Shown in pieces: positions 13,240-64,000 of a DNA stretch of 64,000 nt; position 1 is the first letter of the stretch, and each line of letters opens with the position of its first letter. The position numbers and the translations under genes are program-made. The stretch is from Octopus sinensis (lineage: Eukaryota): contig NC_043023.1 in NCBI RefSeq assembly GCF_006345805.1, positions 9,610,001 through 9,674,000 on the forward strand, given 5' to 3'. Below the pieces are notes generated by a model. The model had not been told where the DNA came from, ran no database searches, and was given only the letters and a program-made list of their open reading frames with translations.

Positions 13240-14860
13240 ACTTTTGATGAAAAACATATCTTACAATGGCACCGGTAACAAAACACGTGTCACTAAAGAA
13301 TATTTCAGTTGAATAAAGAAAATTTGGACCTGAGAACTCTCTGCATTCAATAAAACAATAAAAGAAAATAAATTTGTTTGCTGTGTCAGTACTCATAAAA
13401 CATTTGGGCTGCTTGATCGGATGCTTGATGAGATCCAAGTCATTGAGGTGAAGACCCGAAAAATACTAACACGCACACATTATTTCCACATAAACAGTAA
13501 TGTAGTCCGCTTATACCTAAAACAGAAAACAAGGTGGCAGACGCTTATTATCGATCCAAAATACCTTTGAATGTCGTATCATATCCTCCAGCAACATATT
13601 TTAAACAACAAATGTCGAAGTGCATCCCTTGACGAAGTTTGTATACATGAGGCTGGTAACATCATAAGACTTGGAAGCCAGCTCCTTAAGCAACATTCTT
13701 CGTCTGATAACCTAGAAACATGTCCAAAGAGGTCGCATGACTCTACCACAACGCATCATCAGATGAAAGGATGAGCCTATATGAGAAGACTGCATGGATA
13801 AGATAACAGAAGGATCCGAGACGATAGTAACATCGATCATCAAAGCAGTTTATCATAGAGCAATAACTGGCTTACTACCTCCCACTTTTAAAGGGTATGT
13901 GTTTGTAATCCAGGAACCGGAAATGTCAACCAAGTACTTGATGCCTAATCGGGATAGAAATGAAATGCTGGAAAAGCAGTAAAATGTGACAACCGATGCA
14001 GATTTTGTAGAGTTAACACTGAAGATATCAGTCACATCATAAGCAATTGTCCAAAACTGTAATCACGGTATTATCTACCGATGATACATGATGCGGTAGC
14101 TAGGACACTCTATAATAAAATCCGTCGGAAGAATAACTCCGAGAACAACGATATAAGAACCCACTGTATAGTAGAAGCCATAACCACTCCGAGTGAAGTC
14201 TGACCGAGTGAATATCTCAATAAAATGTAAGCACAGTAGACCTGATATAATGATTTCGGTTAGAGAAGAGAAACTGTGCACAGTGGTTGAAATTATCTGC
14301 CCAGCGGATGTTAACATAAAGTTGAAGATCAGTGAATAACACCTACATTGAACTATTAAGAAATCTGCTGTTACTTTATCCAGATTAGAAGTTTAGGTTT
14401 ATGCCTATAATTATTGAATCCCTGGTATATCTAACACATTGCCTAAATACAAATTTTGAAAAATTAGGCTTCTCAAAACCAGAAAGGAGAATGCTATTTG
14501 CAAAGACTACAGATCCGATCCATCACTGGAACAGTACAAATCCGTAAAACCTTCCAGAAGTTTATCATTTAAATATGTATGAGCATGTCTATATATGTAA
14601 CTATATGCATGAAGACACATGCATAGAGCAAAACGTACAGATCTTCACAAATACATACATACATACATACAAAAATACCCTGCATTTCGATGTCGAAATT
14701 CCAATGAAGGGGTCTTGAATATAGGTTAGAAGCCTGCTCTTTCTGTATTGGCTAGAAATCTTGAAATAAATCTCAAGCAATGACATAGATACATGATCGC
14801 TGTCTACTCCTTATGCAGAATCTGACCATCTCTTCTACTGTAGATCTATCGTGATACCTG
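13240..14860 (+). mobile_element. Decayed R4/NeSL-type (RLE-bearing) non-LTR retrotransposon, 3' part
   Basis: Broken frames give VKTRKILT..HINSNVVRLYL, CRFCRVNTEDISHIISNCPKL (CCHC), HDAVARTL, RPDIMI..VEIICPAD (restriction-like endonuclease). Confidence 0.75.
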
Positions 14861-14879
14861 TTGTACCCTTTAAAACCAG

Positions 14880-16390
14880 ATAATGTATTGAAAAGACACC
14901 AACATAACTTGAATATTTAACTTGGACCACAAATAGCTGCAGTTAAGTTCTGATCTTTGTGGATCCTTAAATGTTATTTGAGATCCCCGTTCGATTCACA
15001 TACCTTATGGCATACAGAAGGCATACACAGATCGATTGGTAGAGTTGGTGGGGGTTTGTTTTTCATGGGGCCGCAAATGAGATTTGAACCTTTCCAACAA
15101 TTTGAGGTGATTTTCGCAACAGGTTCATGTTTCATTGGAATACAACGGGCATGGTAAAACAAACTATTTGTAAAGAATCAATTTTCTTTTGTCATTTATA
15201 TGACGCTGGTGCCAAAGGTGTGAGTCCAAGCTACCCTTTTAATTCACAGATGTATTTCTGTGTTCATATTTCCATCATTCTATACAGAGCTTCCGAGATA
15301 GATGAAAGAGTCAAACACCTCAAGTAACTTACCCTTAAGGAAACTTTTAGTGCGGCTGCAAAATAGAACCACACGCAGGTTGATACATCATAACTGTCTT
15401 TTTTTCAGGTTGATGGTGAAACCAAAATCATCAGAAGCTGAGTCAAATGTAGATACAAGAGATTGCAGGCCTGTTTCAGAGTGACTAACTAGATCGCAAT
15501 TGTCGGCATACAAGAGTCTCGTAACGAGTGAAGTAAAAACCTCTGTTTCGAATTTCCGTCTGGTCAGATTAAAAACATTCCCTGTTCTGCGATATTTTAT
15601 GTAAGTAACCTCCTCGGAGTTTTGAAAGTCCTGTGACAGTATGACACCAAAATATATTACAAAATATATTACAAGGTGGCGAGCTGGCAGAAACGTTAGC
15701 ACGCCGGACGAAATGCGTAGCCGCATTCGTCTGTCGTTACGTTCCGAGTTCAAATTCCGCCGAGGTCGACTTTACCTTTCATCCTTTCGGGGTCGATAAA
15801 TTAAGTACCAGTTACACACTGGAGTCGATGTAATCGACTTATTCCCTTTGTCTGTCCTTGTTTGTCCCCTCTGTGTTTAGCCCCTTGTGGGTAGTAAAGA
15901 AATATATTACAAAATGCATCAATGTCTTCTTGCTTTACTCCCTTTTCCACGGCAAAATATTCAGGAAGCCTACCACCAAAATTAACTTAATATGTTGAGG
16001 CAATGCTCTGGTCAGGTTTACAAATTTTTCTGGTCACCCTATTTTCCTTGGACAATATACTTCATTAACATAAGAGTACAATTCCTTAGTATAATTTCTA
16101 TTAGCTGCTTCTTGCGCCCCCTTTGATTTGTCATTCTACCATTCCTGTTTAATTTTCGTTAGAGCAGGCTGTACTTACACTTTCAGCTTTCCGTAAGCTT
16201 CGTTTGAGTAGCGATTCAAGGACTGAGAAAGAGTTGTGTTGCATAAATTTTGTTTTCCTAAAAGCAGATAATGAATTTTTGGTGATTTGTCTAAAAACCT
16301 CTCACTGGAATTACACGGTTTAAATTCTCCTGGAAAACTTGCAGCCTGAAATACTTTAGAAATCTTCCAATAGATAGTTTGGATCAAGAG
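14880..16390 (-). mobile_element. Decayed RTE-clade LINE reverse-transcriptase remnant, interrupted by a SINE
   Basis: YRRTGNVFNLTRR..LLYADNCDLVSHSETGLQSLV..FGFTINLKK and KGVKQ RT motifs. Confidence 0.75.
15674..15903 (+). mobile_element. SINE family A monomer
   Basis: Single body; target-site duplication AATATATTACAA. Confidence 0.92.
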
Positions 16391-17079
16391 TGACTCTTTC
16401 TATAGCGTCATGGAATCTATGCTTATTGCTTGATTATTTGAAATTTGCAACATTTAATTTTTAGGGTACGTTAGAACAAGAATGTCGACTTTTAGGCATT
16501 ATCGAAATGATTTGGTGTACAAGATTTGGTGTACTAAGACTTGGTGTACAAGTAGTACCTGTGCAGGTGAAAAATGTTTAAGTGGGTGTAGAGTGTACTG
16601 CACTACCCCACCTATTAACCCAAGAAGACTTTCACCGTGGTAACATGAGAATTGACAAAACCAGGAACTTCGAAAACCTTAGAAATTATTTTAGAGATTT
16701 TTTTTCTCCTAGGTAGAGTACCAACCAATGTTAAAGACCTTCTACCCGCCCCTGCTCATAGGGTAGGTTATCTTGTGGCAGCCACCCAAACGACGTCCGA
16801 ACAATCCACGGTAAGATTAATTATCATTCCGATGTCCGAGGCGGAGCAGCTCACAAACGCAGGAAAAAATGTAAAGAATATAGAAAAGTAACAGACATAA
16901 AATTTTAAAATATGACGAAAATACTCATTAGTTCCTCTGCCCTTTGACGAGTCGTATTTTTCGCACCGCAAAAATCACCCTACTCACCAAGCCAGCCTGG
17001 TGGAGTTGGGAGTTTAGTCGCCGACGATCCGACCACGCAATAGGTCGTACTAGGTTGCATGTCACTAGTAGCACTCAAG

Positions 17080-17959
<880 letters not shown>

Positions 17960-17960
<1 letters not shown>

Positions 17961-20900
17961 AGATAGATAAGTTTCTTTATTGGCCACACAGGGCTGCACA
18001 CAGATGGGACAAGTTACAAGGTAGAGCTTTTCTTTTGGGGGATGAAGAGAACAAAAAAAACAAAAGAAAAAAAGGGGGTTTGCGTAGGTTTTCGATCAAG
18101 AGGGATCGTAAAAGGGAAGAACAGAACAAAAACAAAAAAAAAGTTTTAAGATAGATATGTTTCTTTATTAGCCACACAGGGCTGCACACAGATAGAACAA
18201 ATTACAAGGTAGAGCTTTTCTTTTGGAGGTAAAAAAAAAAATAAAAATAAAATAAAAAAAAAGGGGGGGTCGATCAAAAGGGATCGTAAAAGGAGAGAAA
18301 GAGGACAAAAAAAGGGGGGGGTTAAAAAAAGGGGGAGAGGAAAAAATTGATCAATAGGGATCGTTATCACAGAAATGTCAATATGAAGTGTAAAGGGGAG
18401 GACAGGTGAGGTTTACCCGTGGAAAGAAAAGCCTACGGAAAAGACCATGGTAACCTCGGTCAATGAAGTCACATGTTATTTTTTTTTTTTTTTTTTTTTG
18501 CAAATAAGCAACTCTCTGTATTAATTTTTACGGTTCATAGAATCATAGTCAAGGTGGCTTCGTCATTCATACGTGCCATCCTTGCTACATTCACCCATCT
18601 TTTTTTAAAACATTCACTAGACAAAACTTGCCTCTCTACTCTCACTTTTTTCTTCAAGTGATACTTGAAGAAGTTGATGAGAGATTGACCAGAGAGGAAA
18701 GTGTTTGTCTCTAATCCTTTCAGACGCGTCCACCAGATACATTCTTTCGCCATAGCCACAAGTATGATAAAAATAGCTCTTCCTTCCCGTTTGAAGGAAG
18801 GAGGCGTGACGATATTAACGATAGACTCGGCTGATAAACCGACACGTCCCACACGTGACAGCAGTCGTTCGACATAAGCCCACAGGTGGGAAATTGCTGG
18901 ACACTGCACGATTGCGTGCAGAGCGGTTTCGTCGCTCTGCCCGCATCTCGGGCAGGTCGGCCCCGTGTTTCTCGAGCCATGCCTATAGAGCTTATCCCGA
19001 ACGGGTAGCGCTTCTCGGTAGCACCGCCAGGCCAGGGATCTCTGGAAGTTGTCCATAGGCTCGGGCCGAAAGTCGTTTGAAACAGGCGGGTCAGGTATTC
19101 CTCGTCGACGCCCAGGTTTGCCCCGAGCTCGTCGTCGTACCTCCCCTCCACTAATCCCCTATAGAATGCTTTGGTTGTGTTGAAGTCACTCAAGGTCGAC
19201 CCAGGACGGCAGAGTTGCTTGAGAGCAACGCGACACTCGCGGTGCCATTCGCCCTTCCTCGGCCTCTTTTTGATCCACGACTGTAGTTCGGTCATGGAGA
19301 CGAGTTGCGGGAATGCGTGCCTCACAAACGGCGACCACACCTGTTCACCGTCGTCTACATAGAGCCGGAGATGTCGCAGTCTCAGCGCGTGTCTGCGCAT
19401 CATCAACCACGGCATGCCCAGCCCTCCTTTTAACGGGTGTTGACAGCAAATGGATCGCCTGACCATCGGGACGCATCCTTTCCACAAGAAGCGGAAGAGG
19501 ATGCGTTCTAGTTTGGTGATGGTAGGGTCGGGACAAGGTACGACGGTCAGGCGGTAGTAGATGATGGACGCGATGTACGCGTTCACCACCTCCGCCCGAC
19601 CTTTTAGGGACAGTTTCCTCTCGGCCCATTGCTGGGCGAGAGTGACCACCCTACTCGTTATCTCGTTCCAGTTCTTCTCCATTTGGAGGTCCGGACCGAA
19701 CCAGACCCCGAGCAACTCAACCGGGCCGTCTGTCCAGCGTCCCACGACGGAGGTACTGGTGGACGGCATGGGCTTGCTTCTCCAGGTGCCGAGCCGCAAG
19801 CCCACTGACTTTTCCCGGTTGATTTTTGCTCCTGTCACCGCTTCGTAGTCTTTCAGTGTCTCGCCGACCCGCTCGATGTGCTCGTGGCTTGACACTATGA
19901 CGGTGACGTCGTCCGCGTATGCAGACACGCTCGTCCCGCATCCTAATTCTCGCGGGATGCCCCTCAGAGTCGCCAGCTTCCGCAGTAGTGGCTCAAGAGT
20001 CAATACGTATAGAAGCGCCGAGAGGGGGCATCCCTGACGGACCGAACGTGCAATGTCGAAGGGTCTCGATAGATGTCCATTTACGCGAATTACCGAACGG
20101 ATGCCTCTGTACAAGGCAGCTATCCAGCCGCGGAAGACGGGACCGAAACCAGCCGCTCTCAGGACTGCCTCCAAGTATCGATGGTCTACCCTATCAAAGG
20201 CTTTCGATTGATCCAAGTTGATCAGGGCCCCACCCATGCCAGGTTCGTTAACTACCCTGTCTATGATGTAGCGCATCAGATGGAGGTTGTCATGGATGTT
20301 CCGGCCCGGCACGGCGCACGTTTGTGCGTTGTCGACCAGTTTCTCCATGACAAGCGCCAACCTCTTGGCTAACACCTTTGTCAAAATTTTCAGGTCTGAA
20401 TTGAGCAGAGTGATTGGCCTAAAGTTATCTATAATGTTTCCCTTGTTTGGATCTTTCTTCAGCAGAGTTACAGCTCCTCGACTCACAAAACCGGGTATGC
20501 TCCCGTTTTGCTGCCAGTTGTAGTATACCGCTGCCAAGACGTCTCCAAACAAGTCTGGCATACAATAGTAAAATTCGTAGGGTAGACCATCCAAACCCGG
20601 TGATTTGTCCCTCGAGCATTCTGCCATCGCTTCCCGCACTTCCGCCGCCGTGATGGCACCTTCGCAGCACCCTGCCTTTCTTGTCGAGAGTCGTGGCAGG
20701 CTATGTAGGTAGGCACTGAAGTCTACCCTACGTTCTTGCCCTCCACTCGTCCCGAACAGTCGGGCAAAATGCTGCTGAAAGGCCTCACACATTTTACTTG
20801 GCTCGAGCAATTCGCGCCCCTGTTCATCTACCAGTGACCGAATGGTGGCTTTGTTGCCCTGTTGCGCCTCTGCCACCCGGGCCTCTCTCGCGGCTCCAAC

Positions 20901-21990
20901 ACCTTCGTTCCTTAGAGCACGCATCCTAGCTCTGACAGCACATCCTTCGTGTTTGGCGTTGAAGTGTTGGTCGAGGGCCAACCTCGCCGCCAAAACGTCG
21001 GATGCGATGCCGCTTCTAATTGCCTCTTCTAGCTTCTTAACTAGCTCACCCTCTACTCTATTTCTATCTATGGCTAGTGCTTTGCTGTACCTAATCGCTT
21101 CTGCTTTTACTGCTCTCTTGAGGGCAAACCACCATTTGTTGTTGATGATGGCTCCCGTCAAAGCCCTCTTTACTAGTGTGCTAATCCGGTCTCTGAAAAC
21201 TTGTCTGGACGGGAATGATGCGTTCAGTTTCCAGTACCCAGGACCCTGTCTATGTGCCTTATCTAAGTCTAGCGTACACGTCACCAATTTGTGATCCGTG
21301 TAGCTGACTGTGTGGAATTGTGGACATCCTAAGTTATCCTTGTCTACTGTCCTACACAGTATCCTATCTAGATACGATCTCGACGACCCACTGCGGTTGC
21401 TCCATGTCCACGTTGGTGCATTTGGGTGGTCGAGTCGGTACCTGTCAGACAGTTGGAATCGTCTGAGCAGGTCTCTGAGGCATTTGCATCCCCTTCTGTT
21501 TCTGTCTCTACCCACGTAGTCTACATGCGTGTCCAAGGTAGCATTCCAATCCCCCACTAAGAGTAAAGGACGAGACGTTCCCAAGAATACTTCTAGACGT
21601 CGAAAGAAATCCGCCCGACCTGTTAAGGGCGGTGCGTAGACTGATACGAGTCGAAAAGCGCACCCATTGCTGCCGTCAACATCCGGGTCTACGAATATCG
21701 TCTTGACTTCGAGATCCAGGCTCTTGTGAAAAAGTACCGCGGTGCCACTACCGCCCATCCTCGGCAGACAGGGAGCGAAATAAATGTTAAACTGTCCGCC
21801 AAACATGGACTTTAGGGCCCGTGGCTCGTGGAGTCTGGTCTCACTTATGGCTATGATTCCCAAATCATGTGACTTGATGTCATTTAGGAGGTATCCTTGT
21901 TTCCAAGGAGACCCCAAGCCACGCGCATTCACACAACCAATCTTGACCATGATTCTATTGGGGTGTGTGCTTTAAAACACACAAATGAAA
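17960..21990 (-). mobile_element. Tx1/L1-clade LINE, nearly intact ORF2, no ORF1 seen, tandemly duplicated 3' end
   Basis: ORF2 at 21950-18535 followed by a 3' UTR ending ...GTGTGGCCAATAAAGAAAC at a GATA tract. Confidence 0.9.
18535..21950 (-). CDS. LINE ORF2: AP endonuclease, reverse transcriptase and C-terminal zinc-binding (zf-RVT-like) domain; single frameshift near 19060
   Basis: CVNARGL, LVGDWN, SYLDRI, SYTDHK (APE); KSPGLDG, LDQSKAFDRVDH, RQGCPLS, AYADDV (RT); CPRC..ETALHAIVQC in the shifted frame. Confidence 0.9.
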
Positions 21991-22229
21991 GTACAGAGAG
22001 TTACTTACTTGTGTCGAAAGTTTATAAATAGATAGATAGGTAGAAACATACATATGTGTAAATAACTGAGTGACTTTTTATACTTTTAATCACTCCAATT
22101 CAATTATTTTTTTTCTCTCAATACGGTTCGAGTGCATGCACAATCGATGTTGCTGTCTGGCAGTCACGTGCCTGAGGGGGAGGAGGAGGGAGAGGAGGAC
22201 ATCTTTATATTATGTTGCAATATAAATAA

Positions 22230-22538
22230 CGTTGTGAGTGTTTATTGAGCGAAAACACCTAAAGCTCCACGAGGCTCCGGTAGGGGATGGTGGTGATCCC
22301 TGCTGTACTCTTTCACCACAACTTTCTCTCACTCTTTCTTCCTGTTTCTGTTGTACCTTATATTTCAAAGGGCCGGCCTTGTCACTCTCTGTGTCACGCT
22401 GAATATCCCCGAGAACTACGTTAAGGGTACACGTGTCTGTGGAGTGCTCAGCCACTTACACGTTAATTTCACGAGCAGGCTGTTCCGTTGATCGGATCAA
22501 CCGGAACCCTCGTCGTCGTAACCGACGGAGTGCTTCCA
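22230..22538 (+). mobile_element. 5'-truncated SINE family B
   Basis: Lacks the tRNA head; target-site duplication CAATATAAATAA. Confidence 0.9.
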
Positions 22539-22800
22539 CACAATATAAATAAAATGGAAGGATATATAATTTATGAAACGCAGTTGAACTAAACTATAAT
22601 TTATATATATTTTTGATACTTTATCATGTGTGTGTATCTGTGTGTGTGTATCTGTGCATGGGTGTATGTTTGTGTGTGTATGTGTGTGTAATAGGTCTTA
22701 AGTTTTTATTTGACATTTTCACTTAATCATTATCATTAAAGTCCTAATCTATTATTATATTCTTCTCATTGGCTTATCGAGATTCAGTTTTATAATAACT

Positions 22801-23513
22801 TTGGATCTTTTCCTTTTGAACGGAAGTTTTCAACACAATTTCTAGTTAACTAAGCACTTTAAAACTTCGTATACTGGGTAGAATGTGTCAAAATAAAACA
22901 TTTTTCGGATCTTTTCCTTTTGAACGGCAGTTTTCAACACAATTTCTAGTTAACTAAACACTTTTAAACTTCGTATACTGGTAGAATGTGTCAAAATAAA
23001 ACATTTTTTGGATCTTTTCATTTTGAACGGCTGTTTTCAACACAATTTCTAGTTAACTATACATTTTTAAACTTCGTATACTGGGTAGAATGTGTCAAAA
23101 TAAAACATTTTTCGGATCTTTTCCTTTTGAACGGCAGTTTTCAACACAATTTCTAGTTAACTAAACACTTTTAAACTTCGTATACTGGTAGAATGTGTCA
23201 AAATAAAACATTTTCTGGATCTTTTCCTTTTGAACGGCAGTTTTCAACACAATTTATTGTTAACTAAACACTTTTAAACTTCGTATACTGGGTAGAATGT
23301 GTCAAAATAAAACATTTTTCGGATCTTTTCCTTTTGAACGGCAGTTTTCAACACAATTTCTAGTTAACTAAACACTTTTAAACTTCGTATACTGGTAGAA
23401 TGTGTCAAAATAAAACATTTTTTGGATCTTTTCATTTTGAACGGCAGTTTTCAACACAATTTCTAGTTAACAAGAAATTGTGTTGAAAACTGCCGTCCAA
23501 AAGGAAAAGATCC
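22801..23513. repeat. Tandem array of alternating 104/103-bp units ending in an inverted copy (hairpin)
   Basis: GGATCT at 22803, 22907, 23010, 23114, 23217, 23321 and 23424; 23472-23513 is the reverse complement of the last unit start. Confidence 0.92.
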
Positions 23514-23684
23514 ATAACTTTAATTATGACATTGAAAGCAAACGAATTCAAGGATAAATTCGTCCTACGAAACAGGGAACAACCTTCGTTCTTCAAAAGA
23601 ATCTGCAATATGAATGAAATAATATTGAAGTGTCTGATATTTCGTATTTTTCTTTATTTTACAGATTAATCTACGCCAGAAAAT

Positions 23685-62191
<38,507 letters not shown>

Positions 62192-62338
62192 GTAAGTTCG
62201 ATCAGTGTTACTGATACTATTCCTTGTCTGCATGTTTTTACATAACTAAAAATTTACCATACTTTGCTTCCGTCACTTTGCTCTTCCCTATCTCACACAC
62301 GAACATTCACAAACGCACTCAGACTTATATATTAATAG

Positions 62339-62477
<139 letters not shown>

Positions 62478-62759
62478 GTATATATATATATAATTAAAGA
62501 AAACAGAAAATGGAGAACTACTGATGAACAACAATTGACTTTCATCAATTATTATTTATAAATTTAATTTAAATAGACTGTATCCCGTGTAACAGCTGTT
62601 TCTGCTTCCAATCTTCTTGTGTGGTCTTGCCAATGATATACAAAAATATGTAGACTATTAAGCATATTTGGTAATAAAACGATATGAAACATCAGAGTGA
62701 AGAATAAATAAAGAAGAGGAGCATAGAGAAGAAAAAGGAAAAATATGGTTGTCATCACA

Positions 62760-63500
62760 CCAATTTGCTTGTGTGCCTCTTAACAGCGGTTTGATCAGAC
62801 CACGTCTTTACTATTTGTAGGCCGGGATTACCACAGAGCTCCCAAAAGATCCTTCTTGCCACATTGTCATGGCAACGTTTGTATTCGCTTTGCACAATTT
62901 CGGGCATTCTCTAACGATGTGTTCTACCGTTTTACCCCTCTCACAACACATTCTGCACTTTTCGCTACCAGCAGTGTTGACAATACTACTGATAAACAAG
63001 CGTTTATCAGATGCGCATATTAACGATTCTGTCTCTGTCTTCAGGTTACTCAACCACATACATTGTCATCGATCCTCTCTATCTGCTCTGGCGTTCACAT
63101 CTCTTGCAAACTAACCGTACATTTTTTTGTTCAGTTCTTGTGTAATTTTCTCTTAGTTACACATTTTCAGTTTTTAAGTCGCCGTCCGTTTTTGGGGAGT
63201 GGCTCCACAGCATTTTTTATATACCTCACTAGGCTATTTTCCCCTGCTTCGATACAGTTCTGGCAACTAATTAAACTTCTCCAACCCTTTGTTCTTTACA
63301 AGTACAGTCAATCGATGTCACTCTTAAAGTGGAAGGCTCCATGTACAGTCAACAGGTTTCTGATCTTGGTATCCATTTTATTCATTTCCAGCATTAGACG
63401 TTTTATAATTCCCGCTCCATACCGAAGTGATGCTATCGTCCATGTATTAACTGATTGCATTTTATTCCATCCAGTCTCGACGCTCTAACCACTGAGCATG
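62760..63500 (-). mobile_element. Decayed R4/Dong-like LINE remnant
   Basis: EMNKMDTKIRNLLTVHGAFHFKSDID and WLSNLKTETESLICA..CRMC..TVEHIVREC in broken frames. Confidence 0.7.
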
Positions 63501-63517
63501 CGCCTTCACTATACATA

Positions 63518-63579
<62 letters not shown>

Positions 63580-63615
63580 CATATGTGTGTGTATGTATGT
63601 ATGTATGTATGTATG

Positions 63616-63655
<40 letters not shown>

Positions 63656-63691
63656 CATATGTGTGTGTATGTATGTATGTATGTATGTATG

Positions 63692-63738
<47 letters not shown>

Positions 63739-64000
63739 CATGTATGTGTGTGAGTGAGTCTTTGTGTACATATGCAGGTAGTTATGATAAATTCCAGGTC
63801 TATTCTCTAGAAGCACATCTGCTTATTCTTATTATAACAATCAAGTATGGAACCACAGTTGCTGCTGTATGTTAGTCAAAGTTTATATTGCATTTGCGAA
63901 TAGTTGAAATATTTGCAAAATTACTGTATAATAAATTAGGTAATTGGAAATATTTTATTCACCATTACATGCGTTTACAGTGTCAGAGTTGACTAAAGAG

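Noticed and set aside
63971-64000. Possible next exon after TTTACAG near the window end
   Set aside because: Phase-2 reading hits TAA within five codons and there is no LRR pattern

Overview
Eukaryotic, very AT-rich, repeat-dense genomic DNA. The SINE families, (TA)n tracts and small Helitrons resemble my recollection of octopus/coleoid mollusc genomes; this is unverified. Almost all long ORFs in the supplied track are microsatellite or SINE artefacts. The main host feature is invisible to the ORF track: a + strand multi-exon gene for a leucine-rich-repeat (LRR) protein with a signal peptide. It has a signal-peptide/LRRNT exon (ATG 23685, donor after 23872) followed by at least 14 single-LRR micro-exons between 26023 and 62191 (13 of 72 nt, one of 66 nt). 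All are phase 2-2, with clean AG/GT splice sites and no stops, and spliced in order they give one open frame. The exons arose by repeated exon+intron tandem duplication, including a very recent two-exon duplication at 58.2-61.2 kb. The C-terminus lies beyond the window, so the receptor class is undetermined. The rest is transposon-derived: four SINE families (about 35 copies), a nearly intact Tx1/L1-like LINE whose 3' tail is shared with one SINE family, a Dong/R4-like LINE inserted in (TAA)n, older R4, RTE and Gypsy remnants, non-autonomous Helitrons, palindromic MITE-like elements, minisatellites and microsatellites. No CRISPR array, rRNA or genuine tRNA gene was found.
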